From contig QQNC01000001.1 of the NCBI GenBank assembly GCA_003402695.1, forward strand, positions 1 through 61,757: a DNA stretch of 61,757 nucleotides, written 5' to 3'. The DNA is from Verrucomicrobiota bacterium. Its GTDB lineage: Bacteria > Verrucomicrobiota > Verrucomicrobiia > Opitutales > Opitutaceae. Made by a program: the position numbers and the translations under genes. Below, piece by piece: positions 19,134 to 28,595 of the stretch. Each line of letters begins with the position of its first letter. The stretch's first letter is position 1. Under the pieces are notes generated by a model. That model was not told where the DNA came from. It saw nothing but the letters and a program-made list of their open reading frames with translations, and ran no database searches.

Positions 19134-19208
19134 CACGAAGACCGCAAAGGTCGCGAAGGGTGTTCGGCCTGAATCCGCCGGCGTCTTCGTGGCCTTTGCG
19201 ACCTTCGG
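19134..19208. repeat. REP-like palindrome, family D, second copy
   Basis: cacgaagaccgcaaaggtcgcgaagg ... cttcgtggcctttgcgaccttcgggtg. It shares the cgcaaagg/cctttgcg core with 8154-8220. Confidence 0.7.
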
Positions 19209-19331
19209 GTGAAAAAATCCGGTTCAAATTGGAAACGGTCTCCAGCGGGCGCGAGCCGCCGCGGTTGGAACCTGCCGCTCCGCCGAACTCCGCGCTTGCG
19301 CGCTCCCCGCCCCCGCCCGGAATGTGTGCCG

Positions 19332-21107
19332 ATGAACGTCGCCTTCAATCTCGCTTTGGATCTCGAAGCGGTGCTGCTCACTGCGGCATCGGCCGCCGGG
19401 CTGGACGTTCCCGGTTTTGTGGGTGACGTCCGCACCGCCGATCCCCGGCATGGTGATTTCCAGGCGAACGGCGTACTCGGCTACGCGAAGGCCCGCAAAC
19501 TCAACCCCCGCGTCATTGCCGAAAAGCTCGTGGCCGCCCTCCCCGCCGCGGTCACCGGCGCCTACGACGTCGCCATTGCCGGCCCCGGCTTCATCAATTT
19601 CACCCTCAAACCCGCCGTCCTGCTCCACTGGCTGCGCACCTACGACTCGACCGCCCACCTGAAAGCCGGCGCCGGGACCGCCAAGTCAGGCCAGATCTGG
19701 GTCGTGGACTACAGCTCGCCCAACACCGCGAAGCAGATGCACGTCGGCCACCTCCGCTCAGCCGTGATCGGCGAGGCCATTTGCCGCCTGTTGGACTTCA
19801 ACGGCGCCAAGGTCGTCCGCGACAACCACGTGGGCGACTGGGGCACCCAGTTCGGCAAACTGATCTGGGCCTGCAAGCAGGCGCGCGCCCGGGATGAAGC
19901 CGCCCTCAAGTCGGCCATCGCACTGGACCCCCTCGAGGAATTTGAGCGGCTTTACAAGGTGGGCAATGAGGCGGCCGACGCCGATCCCGCCATCATGGAT
20001 CAGGCCCGGGCGGAACTCGTCAAACTGCAGAACGGCGATCCGGAAAACCTGGCCATCTGGCGGCAGATCAACGGCGACTCGCTCGCCGCGTTCCAGGTGA
20101 TTTACGACCAGCTCGGCATCAAGTTCGACGTGATGCACGGAGAAAGTTTCTACAACGACCAGGTCGAGCGCATTTACCGCGAACTCACGGACAGCGGAAT
20201 CGCCCAGGAAAGCCAGGGCGCACTCGTCGTCTTTCACCCGGAACACCCGCGCTTCAAGACCCAGCCGTTCATCATGCGGAAGGCCGATGGCGCGAGCAAT
20301 TACGCCACCACGGACCTGGCGACCGCCCTCTACCGGCTCGAACATTTTCAGGCCGATGGCATCGTCGTTGTCACCGACTACCGCCAAGCCGACCACTTCG
20401 AGCAGCTCTTCCTGACCGTGGGAAAATGGTTCGCCGCGAAACATTACCGGCTGCCGGAACTCCACCACGTGACCTTCGGCGCGGTGACCGGCGAGGACGG
20501 CAAGGCCCTCCGCACCCGCGACGGCGGCACCATCCGCCTCAAGCAACTCCTCGACGAAGCGGAGGCCCGGGCCCTCGCGCTGGTCGGCGAACGGAGCTCG
20601 GACATCCCCGCCGGGGAGCGCGCCCAAATCGCGCAGACCGTCGGCGTGGCCTCGGTCCAATACGCCGACCTCTCCCAGAACCGCTCCAGCGACTATGTCT
20701 TCGCCTGGGACAAGATGATCTCCCTCGAGGGCAACACCGCCGCCTACCTGCTCTACGCCGGCGCGCGCATCCACTCGATCTTCCGCAAGCTCGGGGTCAC
20801 CCCGGGCGAGGCGACCACCGAGGCCGCGGCCAGCCCGCTGGAGACGCCCGCCGAGCTCATGCTCGCCCGCAAGCTCGTGAAGTTCGCCGACGCCATCCGC
20901 ATCGCCACCGAGACGCTCCGCCCCCACTTCCTCAGCCTCTACCTCTACGAGCTGGCCGGCGAATTCAGCGCGTTCTACAGCGCCGACAAGGTCGCCGTTG
21001 ACGACCCCGCCGTGCGCGCCCGCCGGCTGCTGCTTTGCGCGCGAACACTGCTGGTGCTCGAGACCGGTCTGAACCTGCTCGGCCTGCGCACGCTCACGCG
21101 CATGTAA
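19332..21107 (+). CDS. argS: Arginine--tRNA ligase
   Basis: Start is ATG 19332 inside ORF 19209..21107. It has the class I HIGH-type motif (QMHVGHLRSAVIG), an Arg-tRNA synthetase N-domain and the DALR anticodon-binding C-terminus (...LLGLRTLTRM). Confidence 0.95.
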   Translation: MNVAFNLALDLEAVLLTAASAAGLDVPGFVGDVRTADPRHGDFQANGVLGYAKARKLNPRVIAEKLVAALPAAVTGAYDVAIAGPGFINFTLKPAVLLHWLRTYDSTAHLKAGAGTAKSGQIWVVDYSSPNTAKQMHVGHLRSAVIGEAICRLLDFNGAKVVRDNHVGDWGTQFGKLIWACKQARARDEAALKSAIALDPLEEFERLYKVGNEAADADPAIMDQARAELVKLQNGDPENLAIWRQINGDSLAAFQVIYDQLGIKFDVMHGESFYNDQVERIYRELTDSGIAQESQGALVVFHPEHPRFKTQPFIMRKADGASNYATTDLATALYRLEHFQADGIVVVTDYRQADHFEQLFLTVGKWFAAKHYRLPELHHVTFGAVTGEDGKALRTRDGGTIRLKQLLDEAEARALALVGERSSDIPAGERAQIAQTVGVASVQYADLSQNRSSDYVFAWDKMISLEGNTAAYLLYAGARIHSIFRKLGVTPGEATTEAAASPLETPAELMLARKLVKFADAIRIATETLRPHFLSLYLYELAGEFSAFYSADKVAVDDPAVRARRLLLCARTLLVLETGLNLLGLRTLTRM

Positions 21108-21124
21108 CCGCGCAACGCGCGCGT

Positions 21125-21175
21125 GATTGTCATTGCGAGGTATCCCGCTCGGGGGATGCCGCGGCCATCCATCCA
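21125..21175. repeat. Half copy of family A REP
   Basis: gattgtcattgcgaggtatcccgctcgggggatgccgcggccatccatcc aligns with 459-516. No right arm follows. Confidence 0.65.
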
Positions 21176-21250
21176 TTCACCAATCAACCACGCAACATCG
21201 CGCCCAATAAACTCTTGCTGCGCCTCCGGACCACCGCCACATTCCGCGCC

Positions 21251-22000
21251 ATGGCCATGGAGGAAATTTACATCCGCAGCGAATCCGAGACCGAGGCCCG
21301 CGGTCCGTTCAATCTGGAGCAGCTGGTCTCGCTCGCAGACACCGGCCAGGTGACCGCCGAGACCCTCTTTTACGACGCCACCACGGAACAGTGGTGCGCC
21401 ATCGGCTCCAGCGAGGAGCTCATGGGCCAGATCCTGCCCCAGCGGAAAAAATTCAAGATCAAGAGCAAGGCCAAGGTCATTCTGTTGAACGAGGAGGGCG
21501 ACAGCTCCCCCCCCATCACGGTGGACGAGATGCTCGCCGCCGCCGAGGGCCGCACCGCGGAAACCGCGGGCCGGCAGGATCCGACCATCGCGATGGCCCG
21601 CGCCGCCGCCATTGGCCGCTGGGCGGTCATTTTCATGTTTTTGGTCTGCGCCGTCGGCGAACTGCTCCCCGCGTCAGATGCGGTCATGGCGATGGACCCG
21701 ATGAAGCTCCTGTCCTATCCGATGGTGCTCATCGGAGCGATTGACCTGGCGCTCGCCACCCTGCTCGGGCTCGGCGTCGTCAGCCTTTATCCTTTTGTCC
21801 GCTTCCGCGCCGCGCTCGGCCTGGGTTTCATCGGCTTCATCTTCTGGACCAATGGCCAGGTGATGCCGCTCCTCTACCTTGCCGGCGGTTCGCTCGGCCT
21901 CTACACCTGCACTATCTTTGTGAGTTACATGCCGGTGTTTCTGGCGGCCGCACTCGGGCTGGCGGGCTTGGGCGCCGTCTCTTGGTTCCTGATCTCCTGA
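21251..22000 (+). CDS. GYF_2-domain membrane protein
   Basis: Start is ATG 21251 inside ORF 21035..22000. The N-terminal EIYIRSESETEARGPFNLEQLVSLADTGQVTAETLFYDATTEQWCAIG fits the GYF_2/DUF4339 pattern, followed by about 4 TM helices. Confidence 0.65.
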   Translation: MAMEEIYIRSESETEARGPFNLEQLVSLADTGQVTAETLFYDATTEQWCAIGSSEELMGQILPQRKKFKIKSKAKVILLNEEGDSSPPITVDEMLAAAEGRTAETAGRQDPTIAMARAAAIGRWAVIFMFLVCAVGELLPASDAVMAMDPMKLLSYPMVLIGAIDLALATLLGLGVVSLYPFVRFRAALGLGFIGFIFWTNGQVMPLLYLAGGSLGLYTCTIFVSYMPVFLAAALGLAGLGAVSWFLIS

Positions 22001-22016
22001 GTCCCGCCGCGCGTCC

Positions 22017-23528
22017 ATGGCCAGCCTTGCCGAGCACCGGCACTCAATCGCCCATTTTTTCCGCAAGGAGATCTGGGCCACCGCCCACCTGAAGGACCGT
22101 TCGCCCCGCGGCTGGCTCTACGCCACCCTGCGCGTCAGCTCGATCACCTGGACCGTCTTCAACGAGAACAAGGCCGCCAGCCGCGCCGCCGCGCTCAGCT
22201 TCAGCTCCCTCTTAGGCCTCGGCCCGCTTATCGCCATCGGCGTACTCGTCGGTGGCTTCATGCTGGGTCAGAACAACGACCCCCACCTGGTCGCCAACAA
22301 GCTCAGCGACCTGATCAAGCTCGCCGCCCCGCAGCTCGCCCAGCTGGAAACCCTCAACAGCCAGCAGGCCGCGGACGCGGCCCACGCCTCGACCGGTCAT
22401 GGTACGCCCTCAGCCCAGATCGCCGTCGACCCCAAGCTGGTCGACCTCATCAACGGCATCATTTCCGGCGCCCACTCCAGCTCGGCCGGCGTGTACGGCG
22501 CGCTCACCCTCATCGCGATCGTCCTGTTCCTCTTCAAGTCGATCGAGGACGCCTTCAATGACATCTGGGGCGTGCGCCTCGGTCGCTCGCTCCTGATGCG
22601 CGTGGTCTTCTATTGGACGATCCTGACCCTCGGCGCGGTCCTGTTTTTTGCCGCGGTGGCCCTGTTGGGCGCCGGGGCCTTCATCAACGTCTTCATGGAA
22701 AAACTCCCCGGCGGCACCGAGCTGCTGCGGGTGCTGCGCTGGTCGCTGCCGGCGTTTTCGTTCACCCTGCTGGTCGTGGTGCTGACGGTGTTTTACCGCG
22801 TGATCCCCCACACCCGGGTCCTCTGGCGGGTGGCCTTCACCGGCGCCCTGCTCGTCGCGACGCTGCTCATGGTGAACAATTTCGTCGCCCTCATCTATGT
22901 GCGCCGCGTCTACCTGGAAAAAAGCCTCTACGGGTCGCTCGGCATCCTGCCCGTCCTGATGTTCGGCCTCTATATCTTCTGGTTTTACGTGCTGATTGGC
23001 GGCGCGCTCACCTATGCCCTGCAGAATGTGCAGTTTCGCAACAGCCAGGCCGCGTGGAAAAACCTCACCGACGCGATGCGCGAGCGCCTTTCGCTCGTCG
23101 TGTTCCTCACCATCTGCCGGCGGTTTCACGCCTGCCTGCCGCCCATCTCCGCCTCCCAGCTCAGCACCTTTGTGAAGGTCCCGGCCCAGTTGCTCAACGA
23201 GTGCCTCAACCGCCTGGCCGACATGCATCTCATCACGGCCCTGCGTCCGACCCCCGGCGCACCCGTCACCGACCCCGTTTACCAGCCCAGCCGGCCGCTG
23301 AGCCATATCACCTTGCACGACTTCAAGCGCCTCGAGGACCATATCGGCGACGATCCGCTGGGCCCGGTTCTGGAGCGCATCGACCCCATCCTGCCGCACT
23401 ACAATGCGACGCTGGACCAGCTGGGTCAGCAGGAGTTTTTCCAGAAGAGTCTGGAACAGCTTTTTGCGGAGCATGCGTTCGAGGACTCGCGGCCGCCGTT
23501 CGCCATGGGCGAACCGCCGCGCCGCTAA
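22017..23528 (+). CDS. YihY/BrkB-family inner-membrane protein with C-terminal winged-helix-like extension
   Basis: 503 aa. AASRAAALSFSSLLGLGPLIAI and six TM segments are typical of YihY. The last ~150 aa (SLVVFLTICRRFHACLPPISASQLSTFVKVPAQLLNECLNRLADMHLITAL) look like an Rrf2-type wHTH. Confidence 0.78.
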   Translation: MASLAEHRHSIAHFFRKEIWATAHLKDRSPRGWLYATLRVSSITWTVFNENKAASRAAALSFSSLLGLGPLIAIGVLVGGFMLGQNNDPHLVANKLSDLIKLAAPQLAQLETLNSQQAADAAHASTGHGTPSAQIAVDPKLVDLINGIISGAHSSSAGVYGALTLIAIVLFLFKSIEDAFNDIWGVRLGRSLLMRVVFYWTILTLGAVLFFAAVALLGAGAFINVFMEKLPGGTELLRVLRWSLPAFSFTLLVVVLTVFYRVIPHTRVLWRVAFTGALLVATLLMVNNFVALIYVRRVYLEKSLYGSLGILPVLMFGLYIFWFYVLIGGALTYALQNVQFRNSQAAWKNLTDAMRERLSLVVFLTICRRFHACLPPISASQLSTFVKVPAQLLNECLNRLADMHLITALRPTPGAPVTDPVYQPSRPLSHITLHDFKRLEDHIGDDPLGPVLERIDPILPHYNATLDQLGQQEFFQKSLEQLFAEHAFEDSRPPFAMGEPPRR

Positions 23529-23587
23529 GGGGCCACTTCGCCCTTGCCTCACACCGCCGGCGTCCTAGCGTCGCCGGTTTTCCCTCC

Positions 23588-25252
23588 ATGATCTCCTGGA
23601 TTCAACGCTACTTTCAGCACCATTTCCGCATCGTTTTCGGCCTGGTGCTGCTCGCCACGATTATCTCGTTCATCATCGCCTTCTCCGGCTCGAACGTCGG
23701 CCGTGGCACCGGCCAGCGGGCCGCCCTCACCCGGGAGTTCTTTGGCTACAACCTGGGCTCCTCGGAGGACCAAGCCCGCCTCTTTGGCGACGCCAACCTG
23801 AGCGCCACCCTCCAGACCGGCTACAGCTCCCTCGATAACGCCGATCTCCAGAACTACGCGCTCCAGCGCGCCGCCGCCCTCGCTCTCGCCGACCAGTTCC
23901 GCCTCCCAGCCACGAGCAGCCAGGAAATCACCGATTTCATCAAAAGCCTCCGCGCCTTCGCGGGCGAAGACGGCCAGTTTGACGCCAAGCGCTACGAATC
24001 CTTCCGTGACTCCCTCAAGGCCAACCCCCGCCTCACCGAGGCCGTCGTCCGCCGCGTGCTTGCCGACGATGTCCGCGCCGAAAAGGTTAAGCAGGTCATC
24101 GCAGGCCCGGGCTACGTGCTGCCGGCCGACGTCAAGACCCAGCTCGATCGCGCCGACTCCATCTGGACCCTCGGGGTCGTCACCGCCGACTACGCGAGCT
24201 ACGCCCCCTCCGTCCCGGTCTCGGACCTGGCCCTCGCCAAGTTTTACGAGGAAAACTCCTTCCGCTACACCATCCCGGCCCGCATTTCTGTCTCCGCCGC
24301 CTTCTTTCCCTCCACGGCCTACACCAGCAATGTCAGCGTGACCGAGGCCGAGGTCCGTTCCGCCTACGCCGCCAATCCCGCCCGTTGGCCCAATCCCGCG
24401 GCCAAGGCCGGCGCCAAGGCCGACCCGGCCGCCGACTACGCCGCCGTCCGCCCGCAGGTGGAGCTGGTCCTGAAACTCGAGCGCGCCCAGCGCATCGCCG
24501 CCAAGGTTGCATCCGACCTCTCGTTCGCGCTCTACGAGGGCAAGATCGCCCCCGGCTCACCCGCCTTCAACGCGGTCCTGACCGCCCAGCACATCACCCT
24601 GAAGCCGCTCGCCCCGTTCACCCGCGAGGAAGGCCCCGCCGAATTCGGCGGCTCACCCGAGATCGCCGCCGAGGCGTTCAAGCTCGGCGAAAGTCGCTCC
24701 TACTCGGATGCCCTCGGCGCGCCCAATGGCGCCGTGGTGCTGTTCTGGAAGGGCACGCTGCCCCCGCGCCAGCCCGCGCTCACCGAGGTGCGCGCCAAGG
24801 TCGCCGCCGACTTCACCGACAACGAGAAGCGCAACCGCTTCGTCGAGACCGGCCGCCTCATCCGCAGCCAGATTGAAGCCCGGATCAAGGCAGGCGCCAC
24901 CTTCGAGGCCGCCGTGGCCGCCGCCGGCAGCGCGACTTCCACCCAGCTCACCGCCAAGATCCTCCCGCCGTTTTCCCGCCGCACCCCCCCGAAGGATGCC
25001 GATAGCTCCGTCCTCGGTACGCTTGACCGTCTGGCCAAGGGCCAGGTCTCGGACATGAGCATCGTCAAGGACCAGGGCGTCCTCATCTACGCCGTGGACA
25101 AGAAACTACCCGACCTCAGCGAGTCCGGCTCCGCCTTCGCCGCGATGCGGACCCAGCTTGCCGCCGTCAACGCCCGCATCGGCACCAGTTCCTATCTGGC
25201 TGCGATGGTCGAGCAGGAACTCAAGAAGTCCGAGCCGCCGCCGGTCAAGTGA
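23588..25252 (+). CDS. PpiD/SurA-N-like periplasmic chaperone, membrane anchored
   Basis: Start is ATG 23588 inside ORF 22613..25252. The N-terminus MISWIQRYFQHHFRIVFGLVLLATIISFIIAF is a TM anchor typical of PpiD-like proteins. No obvious parvulin GG.LG motif. Confidence 0.62.
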   Translation: MISWIQRYFQHHFRIVFGLVLLATIISFIIAFSGSNVGRGTGQRAALTREFFGYNLGSSEDQARLFGDANLSATLQTGYSSLDNADLQNYALQRAAALALADQFRLPATSSQEITDFIKSLRAFAGEDGQFDAKRYESFRDSLKANPRLTEAVVRRVLADDVRAEKVKQVIAGPGYVLPADVKTQLDRADSIWTLGVVTADYASYAPSVPVSDLALAKFYEENSFRYTIPARISVSAAFFPSTAYTSNVSVTEAEVRSAYAANPARWPNPAAKAGAKADPAADYAAVRPQVELVLKLERAQRIAAKVASDLSFALYEGKIAPGSPAFNAVLTAQHITLKPLAPFTREEGPAEFGGSPEIAAEAFKLGESRSYSDALGAPNGAVVLFWKGTLPPRQPALTEVRAKVAADFTDNEKRNRFVETGRLIRSQIEARIKAGATFEAAVAAAGSATSTQLTAKILPPFSRRTPPKDADSSVLGTLDRLAKGQVSDMSIVKDQGVLIYAVDKKLPDLSESGSAFAAMRTQLAAVNARIGTSSYLAAMVEQELKKSEPPPVK

Positions 25253-25521
25253 ACCCTTGGCGCCGTCGCGCGCCAACCGTTCATCCCCGCCGCGGACCGC
25301 TCGACTCGATTCGCCTCGAACTGCCGTCCGGCGACCGGTAGTTCAACGCGCCATGGCGCCATCCGTCCCGTCCCCCATTCCTTCCGGCCGGGGAAACTTT
25401 GGCGACCGCCGCCCGTCTCACGGCTCAGCCGGGCTCCGGCTGACCCAACGGTTTGAATTGCCGTAACTTTTCGACACTTGTCGTGTTCTTCTGTTCACTT
25501 CCCGACCACGCCCTCTCCATC

Positions 25522-27102
25522 ATGTCCCGCCTCACCGCCCGCGTCCTCCTGTCCTCTCTCTGCCTAGCCGCGCTCACCCGCTTGCCGGCCCAGGAACCGG
25601 CCCCCTCGTCCACCCCAGCCGACCTCCCCGCCGCGACCCCCGCCCCGGCCAAGGAAACCGCCCCGGGCACCGAACCTGCCCCGGTCGTCGCCGGGCCGGA
25701 CCTGACCCTCGAGGAGTGCATCAACCGGGTCCTCCAGAAAAACTTCAACCTCCGCGTCCAGGGCTTCAACACCGCCAACGCCCAGGAAAACCTCGTGATC
25801 TCGAAGGCCGGCTTTGATCCGACCTTCACCGCCCTCGGCCAGCGCACCCACACGCAGGGCGTCACCTCTTTCAACACCTCCCTCGGCACCACCACGAGTT
25901 CGGATTACCGCCAGGACACCACCGACATCCGCGTCGGCGTCAACCAGACCATCCAGACCGGTGCGGCCGTCAGCCTGAGCGCGAGCGTCCTCCGTTCCGG
26001 CAACAATGTGGCGGCGAGCACTCTCAACCCTTCCTACAATAGCGACGTCTCCCTCTCTGTCACCCAGCCCCTGCTCAAAGGCGCCGGCACCAAGGTCAAC
26101 CGGGCCACGATCGAGAATGCCAAACTCGGCATCACCATCGCGAACCTCTACTACAAGGGCAGCGTCCTCCAGGCGGTCCGCGACACCGAGGCCGCCTACT
26201 ACACCCTCGCCTTTGCCCGCGGCCAGCTGGCCGTCAAGCAGCGCAGCCTCGAGCTCGCGCAAAAGCTGTACGACGAGAACAAGGTCAAGAAGAACACCGG
26301 CGTCGCCACCGACCTGGACGTGCTCACCGCCGAGGTCGGCGTCGGCACCGCCCAAAACGGCGTCGTGCTCGCCCAGCAGCAGGTGCGTAACAGCGAGGAC
26401 AACCTCCTCGCCCTGACGGGCCAGTTCGAATTCAGCACGCCTCCCGGGCCGGTCAGCTTCAGCGCCTACCTCGATCCCGCCCCAACTATCGACGAGGCGT
26501 TCAAGCATGCCCGCGACCTGCAGCCCACCTACGTCGCCGCCCAGTCCACCATCAAGCAGCTCGAGCTCGCCGTCTATGTCGCCAACAACGGCCGGCTCCC
26601 GACGCTGAACGCCGATGTCGCCCTCGGCTTCAACGGCACCGACCGCTCGACCAACAGCTCGATCGAGAACCTCAAGGCGGGGGACAATTACAACTGGCAG
26701 GCCGACCTTTCCCTCAGCGTGCCGTGGGGCCTGCGCGCCGACCGCGCCCGCGCCCGCATCGCCCTCAACAACCTGCACCAAGAACAGGCCCAGCTCCAGT
26801 CCATTGAGCAGAACCTGCTCGTGCAGGTCCGCGCCGCCGTCCTCGCCGTCTCCACCAACATCGAGAGTGTCCAGATTTCCGCCAAGACCACCGAGCTCGC
26901 CACGAAACAGTACGAGCTCCAGAAGGCCAAGTTCGACGCCGGCCTCTCCACCAGCCGCGACGTACTGCAGTCCCAGACCGACCTCGAGACCGCCCGCGTC
27001 AACGAGCTCTCCGCCAAGGTCAATCTGCGCATCGCCGTCGCCAACCTGCATCAGCTGGACGGCTCCTCAATCGATCGCTTCCACATCGCCCTCGCCGACT
27101 GA
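25522..27102 (+). CDS. TolC-family outer-membrane efflux protein
   Basis: Start is ATG 25522 with signal peptide MSRLTARVLLSSLCLAALTRLPAQ. It shows the duplicated OEP repeat pattern (LTLEECINRVLQKN..., ...YDENKVKKNTGVATDLDVLTAEV...). Confidence 0.85.
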   Translation: MSRLTARVLLSSLCLAALTRLPAQEPAPSSTPADLPAATPAPAKETAPGTEPAPVVAGPDLTLEECINRVLQKNFNLRVQGFNTANAQENLVISKAGFDPTFTALGQRTHTQGVTSFNTSLGTTTSSDYRQDTTDIRVGVNQTIQTGAAVSLSASVLRSGNNVAASTLNPSYNSDVSLSVTQPLLKGAGTKVNRATIENAKLGITIANLYYKGSVLQAVRDTEAAYYTLAFARGQLAVKQRSLELAQKLYDENKVKKNTGVATDLDVLTAEVGVGTAQNGVVLAQQQVRNSEDNLLALTGQFEFSTPPGPVSFSAYLDPAPTIDEAFKHARDLQPTYVAAQSTIKQLELAVYVANNGRLPTLNADVALGFNGTDRSTNSSIENLKAGDNYNWQADLSLSVPWGLRADRARARIALNNLHQEQAQLQSIEQNLLVQVRAAVLAVSTNIESVQISAKTTELATKQYELQKAKFDAGLSTSRDVLQSQTDLETARVNELSAKVNLRIAVANLHQLDGSSIDRFHIALAD

Positions 27103-27236
27103 GCGGCGCCCGGGCACGTCCCGGGTCCCGCATGGATCCCAGACAGCGCGGCGGGCCGGTCGTCACGCGGGCGGGCCGACCCACCACGGGAAAAACGGTG
27201 CTGAGACGGGGCAAGTCCCCGTCCCGCCCCCAGTCC

Positions 27237-28142
27237 TCACGCTCGGAACAACCGGTCCAGCGTGAGACCATCCGCCTTCACCTCCCGGTGGAGCGGCAGC
27301 TGGGTACGAAACCACGTGCGCTGCTTTTTCACCAGCGCCCGCGTATTCTGCGCAATCACGCCCGCCAGCTCCGACTCCGCCAGTTTTCCGTCGAGAAAAT
27401 CAATCGTCTCCCGGTAGCCAATCGCCCGGGACGCACTCGGGTTATCGCGCAATCCGTCCGCGCTGAGCTGCTTCACTTCCGCCACCAGCCCGTCGCGCAG
27501 CATCGCCGCCACCCGGAGTTCGATCCGTAGGTCCAATTCCGCTGGCGGCCGCTCAATCCGGGTCAGTTCCACCGCCCAGCCGGCGAACGGCCCGGGCAGC
27601 CGGGCAAACTCCTCGGCCAGGGCCGCCAGCGTCTGGCCCGACGCGAGGCAGCGCTCCAGCGCGCGGGTAACCCGCCGCGGATTCGCCGTGTCCAGCGCGC
27701 CGAGCCCCGCCGGGTTGAGCGAGTGCAGCCGGGCCACCGCCGCCGCCAGACCCAGCGAGGCCACTTCCGCCCGCAACGCCGCGGACACCGCCACCTCGTC
27801 CGCCACAGGGGCGAAAAAGCTCTTCAGGTAAAATCCACTGCCGCCCACCACCAGCACCGGCCGCCCGCGCGACAAAATCCCCTCCACCGCCGTCCGCGCC
27901 TTCGTCACGTAATGCGTGACATCCATCCGTTCACCCACGCCGCAAATGTCGATCAGGTGGTGCGGCACGCGCACCTGCTCCGCGGCCGTCGGTTTCGCGG
28001 TGCCGAGGCTCATGCCGCGGTAAAACAGCAGCGAGTCGCACGACACAATCTCGGCGCCCCGCGCCTCCGCCCAGCGCAGGGCCCATTCCGTTTTTCCGAC
28101 GGCGGTGCAGCCGGTCAGGACCTGAATCGTGGGTTTCATCAT
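27237..28142 (-). CDS. miaA: tRNA dimethylallyltransferase
   Basis: 301 aa with P-loop LTGCTAVGKT, SCDSLLFYRGMSLGTAKP, HHLID and VVGGSGFYLKSF. Confidence 0.92.
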   Translation of the reverse strand: MMKPTIQVLTGCTAVGKTEWALRWAEARGAEIVSCDSLLFYRGMSLGTAKPTAAEQVRVPHHLIDICGVGERMDVTHYVTKARTAVEGILSRGRPVLVVGGSGFYLKSFFAPVADEVAVSAALRAEVASLGLAAAVARLHSLNPAGLGALDTANPRRVTRALERCLASGQTLAALAEEFARLPGPFAGWAVELTRIERPPAELDLRIELRVAAMLRDGLVAEVKQLSADGLRDNPSASRAIGYRETIDFLDGKLAESELAGVIAQNTRALVKKQRTWFRTQLPLHREVKADGLTLDRLFRA

Positions 28143-28235
28143 GCCTCACCCAAAACATCTTTACCCCGCCGCGCGAGTCGAACAATCCGCTCGGTGCCCA
28201 CCCTGGCGGCCGGCCACCTTTTTTTCTGCCGGCGC

Positions 28236-28595
28236 GTGAGGACCCTTTTCATCGGCAATCCCCGCTCCGGCCGCGCGGCCCGGGTCATCCCCCGCGCGCA
28301 GGCCTTGGCCGCCGCCCGGGGTGCCCGCGTGGACGACGGCCTGCTCGATCTCGCGGTGCTCCCTCCAGCCTCAGTCAGGCCGGCCGGCCCCATGATCACC
28401 CGTCTGTTTACCGGCTCATTCGGTCACGCCTGGAATGTGCTGCGCCTGCGCGCGGAGCGGTTTGTGGTCGAGCGGCCCGCGCCCGGGCTCATCCACTCCG
28501 ACGGCGAGACCCACCCTGCGGGTCGGCGAGTTGAATTCCTTATCCGGCCAGCCAGCCGGCGCGTGCTCGCGCCGGCCCCGGTCACAGGTCGCTGA
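28236..28595 (+). pseudogene. Internally deleted remnant of a diacylglycerol-kinase-family (YegS/LCB5-like) lipid kinase
   Basis: The reading frame from GTG 28236 gives VRTLFIGNPRSGRAARV...RGARVDDGLLDLAVL...GLIHSDGETHPAGRRVEFLIRP. This matches the first ~25 and last ~90 residues of the intact paralogue at 51259..52200 (MKLCFILNPRSGRNARR ... GARVDDGQLDLVAV...GLLHTDGETHETGALVEVKVHP). The ~190-aa core, including the GGDGT motif, is missing. Confidence 0.6.

Noticed and set aside
9914-21176. Many long antisense ORFs (9914..11398, 11992..13341, 13293..14915, 15912..17171, 17719..19212, 19758..21176), plus similar ones later (22410..23552, 25564..27051, 46029..47774, 49904..51070, 51049..52140, 52740..53858, 54961..56139, 57126..58481, 59297..60205)
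   Set aside because: Each lies opposite a gene with clear family motifs. Their products are low-complexity and Arg/Gly/Ala/Pro-rich, typical stop-codon-poor shadow frames of GC-rich genomes. None has a recognisable domain.
22613-25252. 879-aa ORF suggesting a very long PpiD-like protein; similarly 12960..14981 (673 aa), 51129..53021 (630 aa) and 50908..52200 (430 aa)
   Set aside because: The N-terminal parts overlap the upstream genes in another frame and are Arg/Pro-rich nonsense. The real starts are the internal ATGs (23588, 13362, 52197, 51259), which give sensible N-termini and ATGA coupling.
27205-27223. Hairpin gacggggcaagtccccgtc between the convergent tolC-family and miaA genes as a terminator
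   Set aside because: It is a 7-bp GC stem with no flanking U/A tract on either side, so the evidence is insufficient to list it as a terminator feature.
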